Origin: Polyangiales bacterium
GTDB lineage: Bacteria; Myxococcota_A; Polyangia; Polyangiales; Ga0077539
Assembly: GCA_044376155.1 (NCBI GenBank)
Contig: JBILLI010000002.1
Span: forward strand, 1-51,465
Direction of reading: 5' to 3'
DNA length: 51,465 nt
Under the pieces are notes generated by a model. That model was given only the letters and a program-made list of their open reading frames with translations. It made no database searches and had not been told where the DNA came from. Below, one piece after another: positions 8,194 to 16,342 of this stretch. A program made the translations under genes and the position numbers. The first letter of the stretch is position 1; each line of letters begins with the position of its first letter.

Positions 8194-9929
8194 GGCGCGC
8201 TGGTTCCCTCGGGTGGCTCCAGCACGACGTGACCCACCGCGGCGTCACCGCCTGGCTCACCGCGGGCGCGCTGCTGAGCTTCTACTTCGGGCTCTACCTC
8301 AGCGCTGAGGTGAAGCGCCTCGCGTGGTGGGCCGGGGCCGCGCGCCCGGTGCAGAACCCGGGCTCCTTCGACGCCCTCGCGGGCGACGCCCTGGTGCGTC
8401 TCACCGTCCCGGGCGGTCGCGCGCTGCTCCTCGCGGCGTTGGTGGGCGCCGTGGTCGGCGGCGCCTCGGCGTACTTCCGCGCGCGCGACGCCGAGGGCGC
8501 ACTGCTCGACCCCGACCGTCGCGACGCGCTGCGCACGGGCGCGAAGAGCGCGGTGTTGACCCTGGGCACGCTCTACGGTTCGGCCCTCGCGGCGAACGTC
8601 CTCGAGCCCGCCGCGCAGGGCGGACGACACCTCCTGCCCGCGCCCGGCGCAGGGTGGTCCACGGGCGCGTTGGTCGTGAGCCTCGGGCTCTCCGCAGCGC
8701 TCTTCGCGGTCGGAGCGCGGGGGGTACTGCGTGCCTGGGGAGATCGCGCGCGGGTGCTGCAGGCGCTGACGCTCCCCCTCGTCGCGGTGTACGGCGCGCT
8801 GCTCGTGCTGCTCTACGGCACCCACGCCCTCGCGCCCGCGGCGGTGCCGACCGGCGAGCGCTCGCTGCGCGCGTTCGCGTCGCTGCTCTACGCGGGCCTC
8901 GACAGCAAGTGGTCGCTCTATGGGCTGCTCTACTCCATGGCCGTCACGGCGGGTGGGGTCTTCGTGCTCGGACGGTACGCGCACAACCGCTACCAGGTCG
9001 TGCGCACGCTGGTGGTGATGGGCGTGCAGGTGAGCTTCGGCTTCACGGTGCCCGTGCTGCTCGCGATGTTCGCGCAGCCCTCGTTCTACCTCTCGTACTT
9101 CTGGCCGCTGAAGATCGACGCGTTCTACCCCGACAGCATCCTGCGCGACCCGGCGCCCTTCGTGTTCTGGAGCTTCGTGGGCTCGCTGGTGCTGGTGCCG
9201 GTGATGGGCTTCTTCTTCGGCAAGCGCTGGTACTGCTCCTGGGTGTGCGGCTGCGGCGGGCTCGCGAACACGGCGGGGGAGCCGTGGCGTCACCTCTCGC
9301 AGAAGGGCTCGTCGGCGTGGCGCTTCGAGCGCGTGTCGATCCACGTCACGCTGGTGCTCGCGGTGCTGACGACGCTGCTCGTGGTGCTCGCGTCGTGGGT
9401 GGCGCCCGAGAGCCGCGTCAGCGGGGTGTGGTGGGGGGGATCGGGCGCGCCGTCGTCGTACCCCGTGCAGGAGGCCCTGCGCAGCGGCGCGATCGTCACG
9501 GCCGCGGCCAAGGCCCGGTACTACTACGGCGTGGTGGTGACCGCGGTGCTCAGCGGCGCCATCGGCGTGGGGCTCTACCCCCTGGGCGGCACGCGGCAGT
9601 GGTGCCGAAACTTCTGCCCCATGGCGGCGATGCTGGGCCTGGTGCAGAAGCTCGGCCGCTACCGCATCCGGGTGAAGGCCGACATGTGCATCTCTTGCGG
9701 GATGTGCACGACCTACTGTGAGATGGGCATCGACGTGCGCGCGTATGCGCAGGCGAACCAGAGCTTCACGCGGGCGAGCTGCGTGGGGTGCGGCATGTGC
9801 GCCGAGGTCTGTCCCCGGGGCGTGCTCTCGCTGGAGCAGACCGACGCGGGCCACGGGTTGGTTCCGCTGCGCCTCGGTCGCGACCGCGGCCCCGCCCGCG
9901 GCATCTCACGGAGCGCAGGAGAATCATGA
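8190..9929 (+). CDS. Polytopic membrane 4Fe-4S-binding protein (NapH/polyferredoxin-like).
   Basis: The GTG at 8190 overlaps the upstream stop (GTGA). The N-terminal half has multiple hydrophobic helices. Cys motifs are RWYCSWVCGCGG and WCRNFCPMAA, plus two ferredoxin motifs, CISCGMCTTYCEMG and CVGCGMCAEVCPRG. Confidence 0.8.
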   Translation: MRRAGSLGWLQHDVTHRGVTAWLTAGALLSFYFGLYLSAEVKRLAWWAGAARPVQNPGSFDALAGDALVRLTVPGGRALLLAALVGAVVGGASAYFRARDAEGALLDPDRRDALRTGAKSAVLTLGTLYGSALAANVLEPAAQGGRHLLPAPGAGWSTGALVVSLGLSAALFAVGARGVLRAWGDRARVLQALTLPLVAVYGALLVLLYGTHALAPAAVPTGERSLRAFASLLYAGLDSKWSLYGLLYSMAVTAGGVFVLGRYAHNRYQVVRTLVVMGVQVSFGFTVPVLLAMFAQPSFYLSYFWPLKIDAFYPDSILRDPAPFVFWSFVGSLVLVPVMGFFFGKRWYCSWVCGCGGLANTAGEPWRHLSQKGSSAWRFERVSIHVTLVLAVLTTLLVVLASWVAPESRVSGVWWGGSGAPSSYPVQEALRSGAIVTAAAKARYYYGVVVTAVLSGAIGVGLYPLGGTRQWCRNFCPMAAMLGLVQKLGRYRIRVKADMCISCGMCTTYCEMGIDVRAYAQANQSFTRASCVGCGMCAEVCPRGVLSLEQTDAGHGLVPLRLGRDRGPARGISRSAGES

Positions 9930-10258
9930 GCGCGTATTTCGACGATCAAGACCTCGCCCACTTCGGCGACCTCAAGGCCCATCACCCCGAACTGTGGGAC
10001 CTCTTCGAGAAGTACTACGGCGCGGCGTTTCAGCCCGGGCTTCTGACCAAGCGCGAGAAGGTGCTCATCGGCTTCGCGGTGTCGCTCACCGAGAAGTGCC
10101 CGTACTGCATCCACTCGTATACGTCGCAGGCGCAGTCACTGGGCATGGGCATGGAGCACCTCGCCGAGGCCGCGCACGCGGCGGCGTCGCTTCGCGCGGG
10201 CATCACCATGGCGCACGCCCTGGTGGCCCACAACGTCGACAAGCAGAGCGGGATGTGA
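9926..10258 (+). CDS. Carboxymuconolactone-decarboxylase/AhpD-like protein of the arsenosugar-biosynthesis-associated peroxidase-like type.
   Basis: The ATG at 9926 overlaps the upstream stop (ATGA), with the RBS AGGAGA at 9917-9922. The product is 110 aa and carries the CxxC motif EKCPYCIHSY typical of the CMD/AhpD fold. It sits immediately upstream of an ArsS-type radical SAM gene, the usual pairing. Confidence 0.7.
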   Translation: MSAYFDDQDLAHFGDLKAHHPELWDLFEKYYGAAFQPGLLTKREKVLIGFAVSLTEKCPYCIHSYTSQAQSLGMGMEHLAEAAHAAASLRAGITMAHALVAHNVDKQSGM

Positions 10259-11325
10259 CGGAGCTCGCCGCGACCGCGCGTCGCGCCCCCACGCGCTCGC
10301 TCGTCGCCCGAGGGTCCCCGCTGGCACCTCCCGCGGCGCAGCGCGCGCTGCTGCGCTCGCTCCCACTCGTCGACGAGTTCGAGACCTCGGTGGCCCGCAC
10401 GATGCGCGGCGGCCTGCGCGCGGTCGGCGTGCAGGTGCTGCAGGTGAACGTGGGGCGGCTGTGCAACCAGACGTGTCGTCACTGCCACGTCGACGCGGGG
10501 CCCGACCGGCGAGAGGTCATGCCCCGCGCGGTCTTCGAGGCGTGCCTCGACGTGTTGCGCCGCAGCGAGATCCCGACGGTGGACATCACGGGCGGGGCGC
10601 CGGAGCTCAACCCCGAGTTTCGCTGGTTCGTGCGCGAGGCGCGCGCGCTGGGCCGACACGTGATCGACCGCTGCAACCTCACGGTGATCGAGAACCCCGC
10701 GGGCGAGGACCTCCCGGCGTTCTTTGCGGCGCACCAGGTGGAGGTGGTCGCATCGCTCCCGCACTACCTCGGCGGCCCCACCGACCGGCAGCGCGGCGAC
10801 GGCGTCTACGAGCGGTCCATTCGCGCGCTGCAGCGGCTCAACGAGGTGGGCTACGGCGACGGGCGCTCGGGCTTGCGGTTGGTGCTGGTGGCGAACCCCG
10901 TGGGCGCCTTCACCCTCGCCGATCAGTCGCTGCTCGAAGGGGAGTTTCGCGACGCGCTGCGCGACCGCCACGGCGTGGTCTTCGACGAGCTCTTCTGCCT
11001 CAACAACATGCCCATCTCCCGCTACCTGGAGTGGCTCGTGGAGAGCGGGAACCTCGAGCGCTACATGAGCGCGCTGGTGCAGTCGTTCAACCCCGCCGCG
11101 GCCGCCGGGGTGATGTGCCGCAACACCCTCTCCGTGGGGTGGGAGGGCACCCTCTACGACTGCGATTTCAACCAGATGCTCGACATGCCCGTGCTGCCCG
11201 AGGGCCACCGGAGCATCTTCACCTTCGACGCCGACGCGCTCTCGAACCGCGCCATCGCCACGGATCGTCACTGCTTCGGGTGCACCGCGGGCGCAGGGTC
11301 TTCCTGCGGCGGCAACACCACCTGA
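10255..11325 (+). CDS. arsS: ArsS-type radical SAM / Cys-rich-domain protein.
   Basis: It has the radical SAM motif VNVGRLCNQTCRHCHV and the C-terminal Cys-rich tail HCFGCTAGAGSSCGG. The position that is Sec in some homologs is a TGC Cys here. The GTG at 10255 overlaps the upstream stop (GTGA), but the start is not certain; a later in-frame Met (MRGGL) is possible. Confidence 0.78.
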   Translation: MTELAATARRAPTRSLVARGSPLAPPAAQRALLRSLPLVDEFETSVARTMRGGLRAVGVQVLQVNVGRLCNQTCRHCHVDAGPDRREVMPRAVFEACLDVLRRSEIPTVDITGGAPELNPEFRWFVREARALGRHVIDRCNLTVIENPAGEDLPAFFAAHQVEVVASLPHYLGGPTDRQRGDGVYERSIRALQRLNEVGYGDGRSGLRLVLVANPVGAFTLADQSLLEGEFRDALRDRHGVVFDELFCLNNMPISRYLEWLVESGNLERYMSALVQSFNPAAAAGVMCRNTLSVGWEGTLYDCDFNQMLDMPVLPEGHRSIFTFDADALSNRAIATDRHCFGCTAGAGSSCGGNTT

Positions 11326-12287
11326 GCGCGGGTCCGCGCCATGCGCGCGGCGAGCCGGAGCGCGGCGAGCATCCCCTGCGGGTCGGCCACGCCTCGACCG
11401 GCGATGTCGTACGCGGTGCCGTGGTCGACGCTGGTGCGAATGAACGGCAGACCGAGGGTCACGTTCACCGCCTCGCCGAAATCCACGAGCTTCGACGCGA
11501 TCGTCGCCTGGTCGTGGAACATCGCCACCACGAGGTCGTAGCGCCCGTCGCGGGCGTGGCGAAACGCTGACTCCGCGGGCATCGCGCCGACGATCTGCGC
11601 CTCGGGCACCTCGCGCTGCGCGAGCGCCACGCCGGGGTCGATGCGCAGCGCCTCGTCGTCGCCGAACATCCCGCCTTCGCCCGCGTGGGGGTTGAGCCCC
11701 GCCACGACGAGGCGAGGGCGCGCGACGCCGAGGTCCCGCTGCAGCGCGCGCGCGGCCGTGACGACGGTGAAGCGCACGAGGTCGGAGGAGATCTTCGCGG
11801 GGAGCTTCGCGATCGCGACGTGCGTGGTCACCAGCGCGACGCGCAGTCGCGGGCCGAGGAAGCTCATCACCACCCGCGGCACCCCCGCGCGCGCCGCGAG
11901 GTGCTCGGTGTGACCCTGAAACGCCGCGCCCGCGCGGGTGATCACGGACTTGCTCACCGGCGCCGTCACCAGCGCGTGGGCGCTCCCCGCGAGCACCGCG
12001 TCGGTGGCGCGGTCGATCGCCGCGAGCTGGGCGATCCCCGCCGCCGCGCCGGGCCGCCCGTGACATCGCTCGTCGGCCGGCAGCGCCGACGCCGCGATGA
12101 CCTCCAGGCGATCGGGCAGCGCGCGCGCACCGAGCTGCTCGGCGAGCGCACCTGCGTCCCCATGGAGCGCGATGCGAACGTCTGGGTCCTCGGCGAGGAG
12201 CGCGCGCGCGGCGGCCGCCGAGACCTCGGGGCCTACACCGCAGGGGCATCCTGCCGAAACCGCCAATCGAACGATGCGCTCGGTCAT
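11268..12287 (-). CDS. pdxA: 4-hydroxythreonine-4-phosphate dehydrogenase.
   Basis: 339 aa with the motifs GHTEHLA, GLNPHAGEGG, AMFHDQA and RTSVDHGTAYDIAG. Its 3' end overlaps the arsS-like 3' end by 58 bp (convergent). Confidence 0.92.
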   Translation of the reverse strand: MTERIVRLAVSAGCPCGVGPEVSAAAARALLAEDPDVRIALHGDAGALAEQLGARALPDRLEVIAASALPADERCHGRPGAAAGIAQLAAIDRATDAVLAGSAHALVTAPVSKSVITRAGAAFQGHTEHLAARAGVPRVVMSFLGPRLRVALVTTHVAIAKLPAKISSDLVRFTVVTAARALQRDLGVARPRLVVAGLNPHAGEGGMFGDDEALRIDPGVALAQREVPEAQIVGAMPAESAFRHARDGRYDLVVAMFHDQATIASKLVDFGEAVNVTLGLPFIRTSVDHGTAYDIAGRGVADPQGMLAALRLAARMARTRAQVVLPPQEDPAPAVHPKQ

Positions 12288-12976
12288 ACGCCGCTCTCCT
12301 CCTCGGCTGCGGCACCCGCGCCGCGCCCGGTCACCAGACGGTAGCCCACGCCGCGCACGGTCTCGATCCCCACCGAGGGCGCGAGCTTCGCGCGCAGGCG
12401 CTGGACATGCACATCGACCGTGCGGGTCTGCGCCACCCTCACCCCCCAGACCTCTCGCAGCAGCGCCGCGCGCTCCACGACCCGGTCGCGGTTGCGTGCG
12501 AGGTAGCTGAGCAGGGTGAACTCCATGGGCGCCATGGGGATCCGCCGCCCCGAGAGCAGGACCTCATGCGCGGCGCTGTCGATGACGAGCTCCCCGATCT
12601 TCACCCGCTCGGCGTGGGCGAACTCGCTGGCGCGCCACTCGATCACCCGCAGGCGCTTGTAGAGCTCGTGGGGCGAGCAGCCCCGGAGGATGAAGTCGTC
12701 GAAGGGCCACGCGGGCTCCAGCCGTCCAAGCTGCGAGGTCGAGAGCACCAGCAGCGTGGGGAGCCTTGGGTCCGCGGCGCGGCAACGATCAAGGATGAAG
12801 CGCGCGAGATCGAGGTCGTCGGCGCCATCGACCACGAGCGCGTCGGCGCCGCGCACGACCTCGCCGGGAGGCGCCAGAGGGCCATGCTCTCGGGCCGCGC
12901 AGCCGAGGTCGCGCAGGGCTTCGGCGATGGGGTTGTCACGGTCGACGGAGACCAGCGCGATGCGCACGCGCCGCAA
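12284..12976 (-). CDS. OmpR/PhoB-type winged-helix response regulator with an atypical receiver domain.
   Basis: The C-terminal effector domain is clear: LSGRRIPMAPMEFTLLSYLARNRDRVV..LL..VWG....TRTVDVHVQRLRAKL....IETVRGVGYRL. The receiver is divergent. The start is a TTG at 12976, with an alternative GTG at 12967. The stop overlaps the pdxA ATG (ATGA at 12284-12287). Confidence 0.78.
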   Translation of the reverse strand: MRRVRIALVSVDRDNPIAEALRDLGCAAREHGPLAPPGEVVRGADALVVDGADDLDLARFILDRCRAADPRLPTLLVLSTSQLGRLEPAWPFDDFILRGCSPHELYKRLRVIEWRASEFAHAERVKIGELVIDSAAHEVLLSGRRIPMAPMEFTLLSYLARNRDRVVERAALLREVWGVRVAQTRTVDVHVQRLRAKLAPSVGIETVRGVGYRLVTGRGAGAAAEEESGV

Positions 12977-13053
12977 GGTACCGCGGCTTACCTTGACGTG
13001 GCGAGCGACGGTCTGTTACGTCGCACTCGCCCGTCCGGACCGAGAGAAACACC

Positions 13054-15306
13054 ATGCGTTGGGTCGTCGAACTCCCTGCTCCTTCCGGCGGCACCGCCGC
13101 GACTGTCACCGTCGATGCAGACTCGTGGGCGGGTGCCCTCACCCACGCGCGCGGCGGCTCGCCGATCAAGAAGTTCCGCTGCGAGTTCGACGCCGAGAAC
13201 GTCGTGCGCGTGCTCGATCTGAGCAACCGCGAGTGGTACACGATCCGGCCCATTCGCGCGGTCACCGTCGAGACCGCCAGCGTGCCCGTGGTCGCGTCAG
13301 CGGTGGCGCCCGAGGCCGCACCGGCCGCTCCTGCGCCGCAGCCCTTTGCGCTCGCGCGTGACGACGATGGCTCGGCGCCCGAGGCGAACTCCGCCGCGCC
13401 GGCCCCGATGGCGGCGGTCGGCGCTGACGCCGATGCGTTGACGTCGCCCACGTCGGAACCGCTCAGCCCTCCGGCGCCCGAGCCCGCCGCGGTCGCCGAG
13501 CCCGGCGCTGCCGCAGCGATCGTCGACGCGCCCCCCTCTGCGCGGACGCGACACAACGGGACGCTGGTCGGCGTGTCACCTGCCCGCTTGACCGAAGGCC
13601 GCCTCGTCGCGGTCGATGAGTCCGGTGAGCACCAGGCGCTTCCCGGAGGCCTCGCGCCGCCGACGCTGCTCTTCCAGCGCGATCAGGATCCCTCGGAGTC
13701 CAATCCCCTCGCGTATCGCGAGCGGGTCTTTGTGGTCCCCGAGGGTACCGCCGTTGGCGACGCCGAGCTCATCGCACGGCACGCGGTGATGGCGCTGCGC
13801 CGCTCGCTCGCGACGCATCCGCGAGGCCGCTACACCGTCGTCGCGGTGTTCGATCACACCTTCGAGACCCGGCCGCTGCGACCGGCGCTCGTTGAAGTGC
13901 GCTGGAAGGACTGGCGTGGCGACATCGAGGTCACACACCCCGCGACGGTCTCTGCCGCTCCGGTGAACGGCGCCGCCCACACCGATGCGTCGGGCTCCGT
14001 GGACGTGAGCGCTGTCGTCGCCGGGTCGGCGAGCGTGCCCGAGGAACGCTCCGCGCCGGTGCTCCCGCCGGTCGAAACCGCCGCCGTGCCCGCGCCGACC
14101 GATGCTCCTGCAGCCCCGCCTGCCGCGGCCTCGGTGTCCTTCGTGGCCGCCGCGGTCGAAGCTCCTGTGGTCGCGGCCCCGGTGGTTGAAGCATCCGTGG
14201 TCGTGGCTCCGGTGGTTGAAGCATCCGTGGTCGTGGCTCCGGTGGTTGAAGCACCCGTCGTTGATGCACCCGTGGTCGTGCCCCCGGTGGTTGATGCACC
14301 CGTGGTCGTGCCCCCTGCGGTCGAAGCCCCTGCGGTTGTCGTCGAGAGCGTCGTGGTCGCGCCGCTTGAGCCCACCGTGGCGACGCTGCCGCCCCCGACC
14401 GTGGAGGCTGCGATCTCCGCGACGCCCGCAGAGGCGACGGTGGTGGTCGAGACACCCGCGGAGACCGTCTCTACCCTCGCCGCCGTGCCGGAGGCAGCCA
14501 GCGCCCCCGCGAGCACGGAGGCCCCCGCGTCGGCTGCGCGTGAGGCTTCGGGAGGCACGCCGACCGCGGATGTGGCGGCGGGTGCGCCTCCGTCGCCAGA
14601 GGCGCTGCCCGCGTCGACCGCAGAGGTGCCCGCGGCGTCCACGGCCTCGGAGCCCCCGACCGTGGCGTCCGCCGCGACCGACGCCGCGGCTCCCTCTGGA
14701 GAGCGCGAGACGCCCGCGGTGGTGGAGAGCGCGCGGCCCCGCCGCACCCCGCGCACCATCGCCCGTCGTCCTCGCGGCAAGGATCTCCTCGGGGAGCTCT
14801 TCGACGCGCTGATGGACCTCTCGCACATGGAGAGCGCCGACGCCGGCTGCAAGCAGGTGGTGCAGATCCTTCAGGAGCACCTGCAGTGCGATCTCGCCGC
14901 GGTCTCGCTCTACGACATCGACCGCGATGAGTTCGTGGTGAACTCGGCGTTTGGCGCTGACGGCGTGGTCGGTCGACGCGAGCGGGCCAAGGCAGGCGTC
15001 GCCTCGACGGTGGTGAAGCGCAAGGCGGGTATCACGCTGGCGGCTTGCGGCGCCGACGATGTGATTCACGACGACTTTCGCGAGGGCGGCGGTGTGTTCG
15101 CGCCGGCGATGTTCCGCGATCGGCTCTTCGGCCTGCTGCGCGTCCATCGGGTGCCGGGTGCGGCGGCCTTCGAGACCGACGAACTCGACGCGCTGAGCTA
15201 CGTCGCCGCGCAGCTCGGTGAGTTCCTCTCGACGCAGTCCAAGCGCGCCGCCGCGGCGGAGTTCGCACCGGAACCCCGACGCTCGCAGGCGCCCCCCCGT
15301 CGCTGA
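13054..15306 (+). CDS. GAF-domain protein with a long Ala/Pro/Val-rich repetitive spacer.
   Basis: 750 aa. The C-terminal ~170 aa look like a GAF fold (CKQVVQILQEHLQCDLAAVSLYD...FGLLRVHRV...FETDELDALSYVAAQLGEFL). The N-terminal ~300 aa are not recognised. The middle ~300 aa are low-complexity. Confidence 0.7.
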   Translation: MRWVVELPAPSGGTAATVTVDADSWAGALTHARGGSPIKKFRCEFDAENVVRVLDLSNREWYTIRPIRAVTVETASVPVVASAVAPEAAPAAPAPQPFALARDDDGSAPEANSAAPAPMAAVGADADALTSPTSEPLSPPAPEPAAVAEPGAAAAIVDAPPSARTRHNGTLVGVSPARLTEGRLVAVDESGEHQALPGGLAPPTLLFQRDQDPSESNPLAYRERVFVVPEGTAVGDAELIARHAVMALRRSLATHPRGRYTVVAVFDHTFETRPLRPALVEVRWKDWRGDIEVTHPATVSAAPVNGAAHTDASGSVDVSAVVAGSASVPEERSAPVLPPVETAAVPAPTDAPAAPPAAASVSFVAAAVEAPVVAAPVVEASVVVAPVVEASVVVAPVVEAPVVDAPVVVPPVVDAPVVVPPAVEAPAVVVESVVVAPLEPTVATLPPPTVEAAISATPAEATVVVETPAETVSTLAAVPEAASAPASTEAPASAAREASGGTPTADVAAGAPPSPEALPASTAEVPAASTASEPPTVASAATDAAAPSGERETPAVVESARPRRTPRTIARRPRGKDLLGELFDALMDLSHMESADAGCKQVVQILQEHLQCDLAAVSLYDIDRDEFVVNSAFGADGVVGRRERAKAGVASTVVKRKAGITLAACGADDVIHDDFREGGGVFAPAMFRDRLFGLLRVHRVPGAAAFETDELDALSYVAAQLGEFLSTQSKRAAAAEFAPEPRRSQAPPRR
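14181..14320 (+). repeat. In-frame 30-bp tandem repeats inside the GAF-protein gene.
   Basis: GGTGGTTGAAGCATCCGTGGTCGTGGCTCC occurs at 14181-14210 and identically at 14211-14240, with a partial third copy at 14241-14260. A related unit TTGATGCACCCGTGGTCGTGCCCCC.. lies at 14261-14290 and 14291-14320. These encode the PVVEASVVVA / PVVDAPVVVP repeats. Confidence 0.9.
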
Positions 15307-15317
15307 TCCCTTGCCCC

Positions 15318-15343
15318 GAGGGCACCGCGCTCGCGGCGCCCTC
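15318..15343. terminator. GC-rich hairpin between convergent genes; candidate bidirectional terminator.
   Basis: GAGGGCACCGCG-CT-CGCGGCGCCCTC pairs at 11 of 12 stem positions. It lies between the stop at 15306 (+) and the stop at 15365 (-). There is no U-tract. Confidence 0.35.
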
Positions 15344-15364
15344 CGGCGAGCCCCAGAGAACGAC

Positions 15365-16291
15365 TCAGCGCGCCCCGCCGGCGTCGAGCTCTTCCTGAAT
15401 CCACTCGCGCAGCGACTCGCGGTCGAGGTTGAGCTCGAAGCGGCGGCCGTTGATGAAGATGGTGGGCGTGCCGTTGATCTGCAGCCGCTCGCCTTCGCGC
15501 CGCGAAGCCTGGATCTGGGCCTCGATCTCGGGTGATGCGCTGTCGGCGCGGAAGCGGGTCATGTCGAGCGAGAGCTGCGTCGCGTAGCGCTCGATGTCGG
15601 CGGTCTCGAGGTGGCGCTGGTTCTGAAAGAGCAGGTCGTTCATCTCCCAGAACTTCCCCTGGCGGCCTGCGGCGAGGGCGGCGCGGGCCGCGGGCATCGC
15701 ATGCTGGTGGCCGCTGAGCGGGAAGTTCATGTGCACCACGCGGATGCGCCCCTCGAGGTCGCGCTCGATCTGTCGCAGCAGCGGGATCGCCGCGGCGCAG
15801 TGCGGGCACTCGTAGTCGCTGAACTCCACCACCGTCACCGTCGCGGCCACCGAGCCGTGGCTGGGCGCGCCCTCGGTGCGGATCTGCACAACCGAGGATG
15901 CCGCGTAGCGCTGCCGGAGGTGATCCGAGAGCTGCTCCCGCGGGAAGCCGTCGCGCACGCGGCGCGCGAGGAACCGCAGCGCGGGCAGGCAGCTGCGACA
16001 GGGCAGGCGATCACGGGCGCAGACGGCGATGGAGTGCGGATCCCCGCAGGGCGAGAGCTCATCGTTGGCGATGGCCCAGAAGGTCTCGCGCTCCGCCGCG
16101 CTGAGCTCACTGAGCTCGAGCCCGCGCACCTCGGTGACGCTGCCGCCGGCTGCAGGGGTGGGGGTGACCTGCGCCGCGCTGTCACCCTCCGCCTGCACGG
16201 GCGTGGGTGTGCGGTTGTTGCGGCAGCTCGCCCCGAGACCCAATCCACCAACGAGCAGCACCAACGCGAGTGAGAGCCGTGAACCCGACAT
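15365..16291 (-). CDS. DsbA-family thiol:disulfide oxidoreductase lipoprotein.
   Basis: 308 aa. The lipoprotein signal is MSGSRLSLALVLLVGGLGLGASC, and the thioredoxin active site is FSDYECPHCA. The C-terminus (INGTPTIFINGR) is typical of DsbA-like proteins. Confidence 0.85.
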   Translation of the reverse strand: MSGSRLSLALVLLVGGLGLGASCRNNRTPTPVQAEGDSAAQVTPTPAAGGSVTEVRGLELSELSAAERETFWAIANDELSPCGDPHSIAVCARDRLPCRSCLPALRFLARRVRDGFPREQLSDHLRQRYAASSVVQIRTEGAPSHGSVAATVTVVEFSDYECPHCAAAIPLLRQIERDLEGRIRVVHMNFPLSGHQHAMPAARAALAAGRQGKFWEMNDLLFQNQRHLETADIERYATQLSLDMTRFRADSASPEIEAQIQASRREGERLQINGTPTIFINGRRFELNLDRESLREWIQEELDAGGAR

Positions 16292-16342
16292 GGCGGGAGG
16301 GACTAGCCCGCGGCTCCGCGCAGTGTCAAGGCAACGCGTGGA

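Noticed and set aside
7932-9854. 640-aa minus-strand ORF.
   Set aside because: It is antisense to the oxidoreductase and polyferredoxin genes, which have clear cofactor motifs and high GC3 in their own frames.
11290-11325. Possible selenocysteine (in-frame TGA) in the ArsS C-terminal tail.
   Set aside because: The codon at the Sec-equivalent position of ..GAGSS-C-GG is TGC (Cys). The only TGA is the terminal stop three codons after GGN, and I saw no SECIS-like hairpin.
10030-12315. 761-aa minus-strand ORF.
   Set aside because: It is antisense to the AhpD-like and ArsS-like genes and out of frame with pdxA. Its sequence is Arg/Gly/Ala-rich and it has no motifs.
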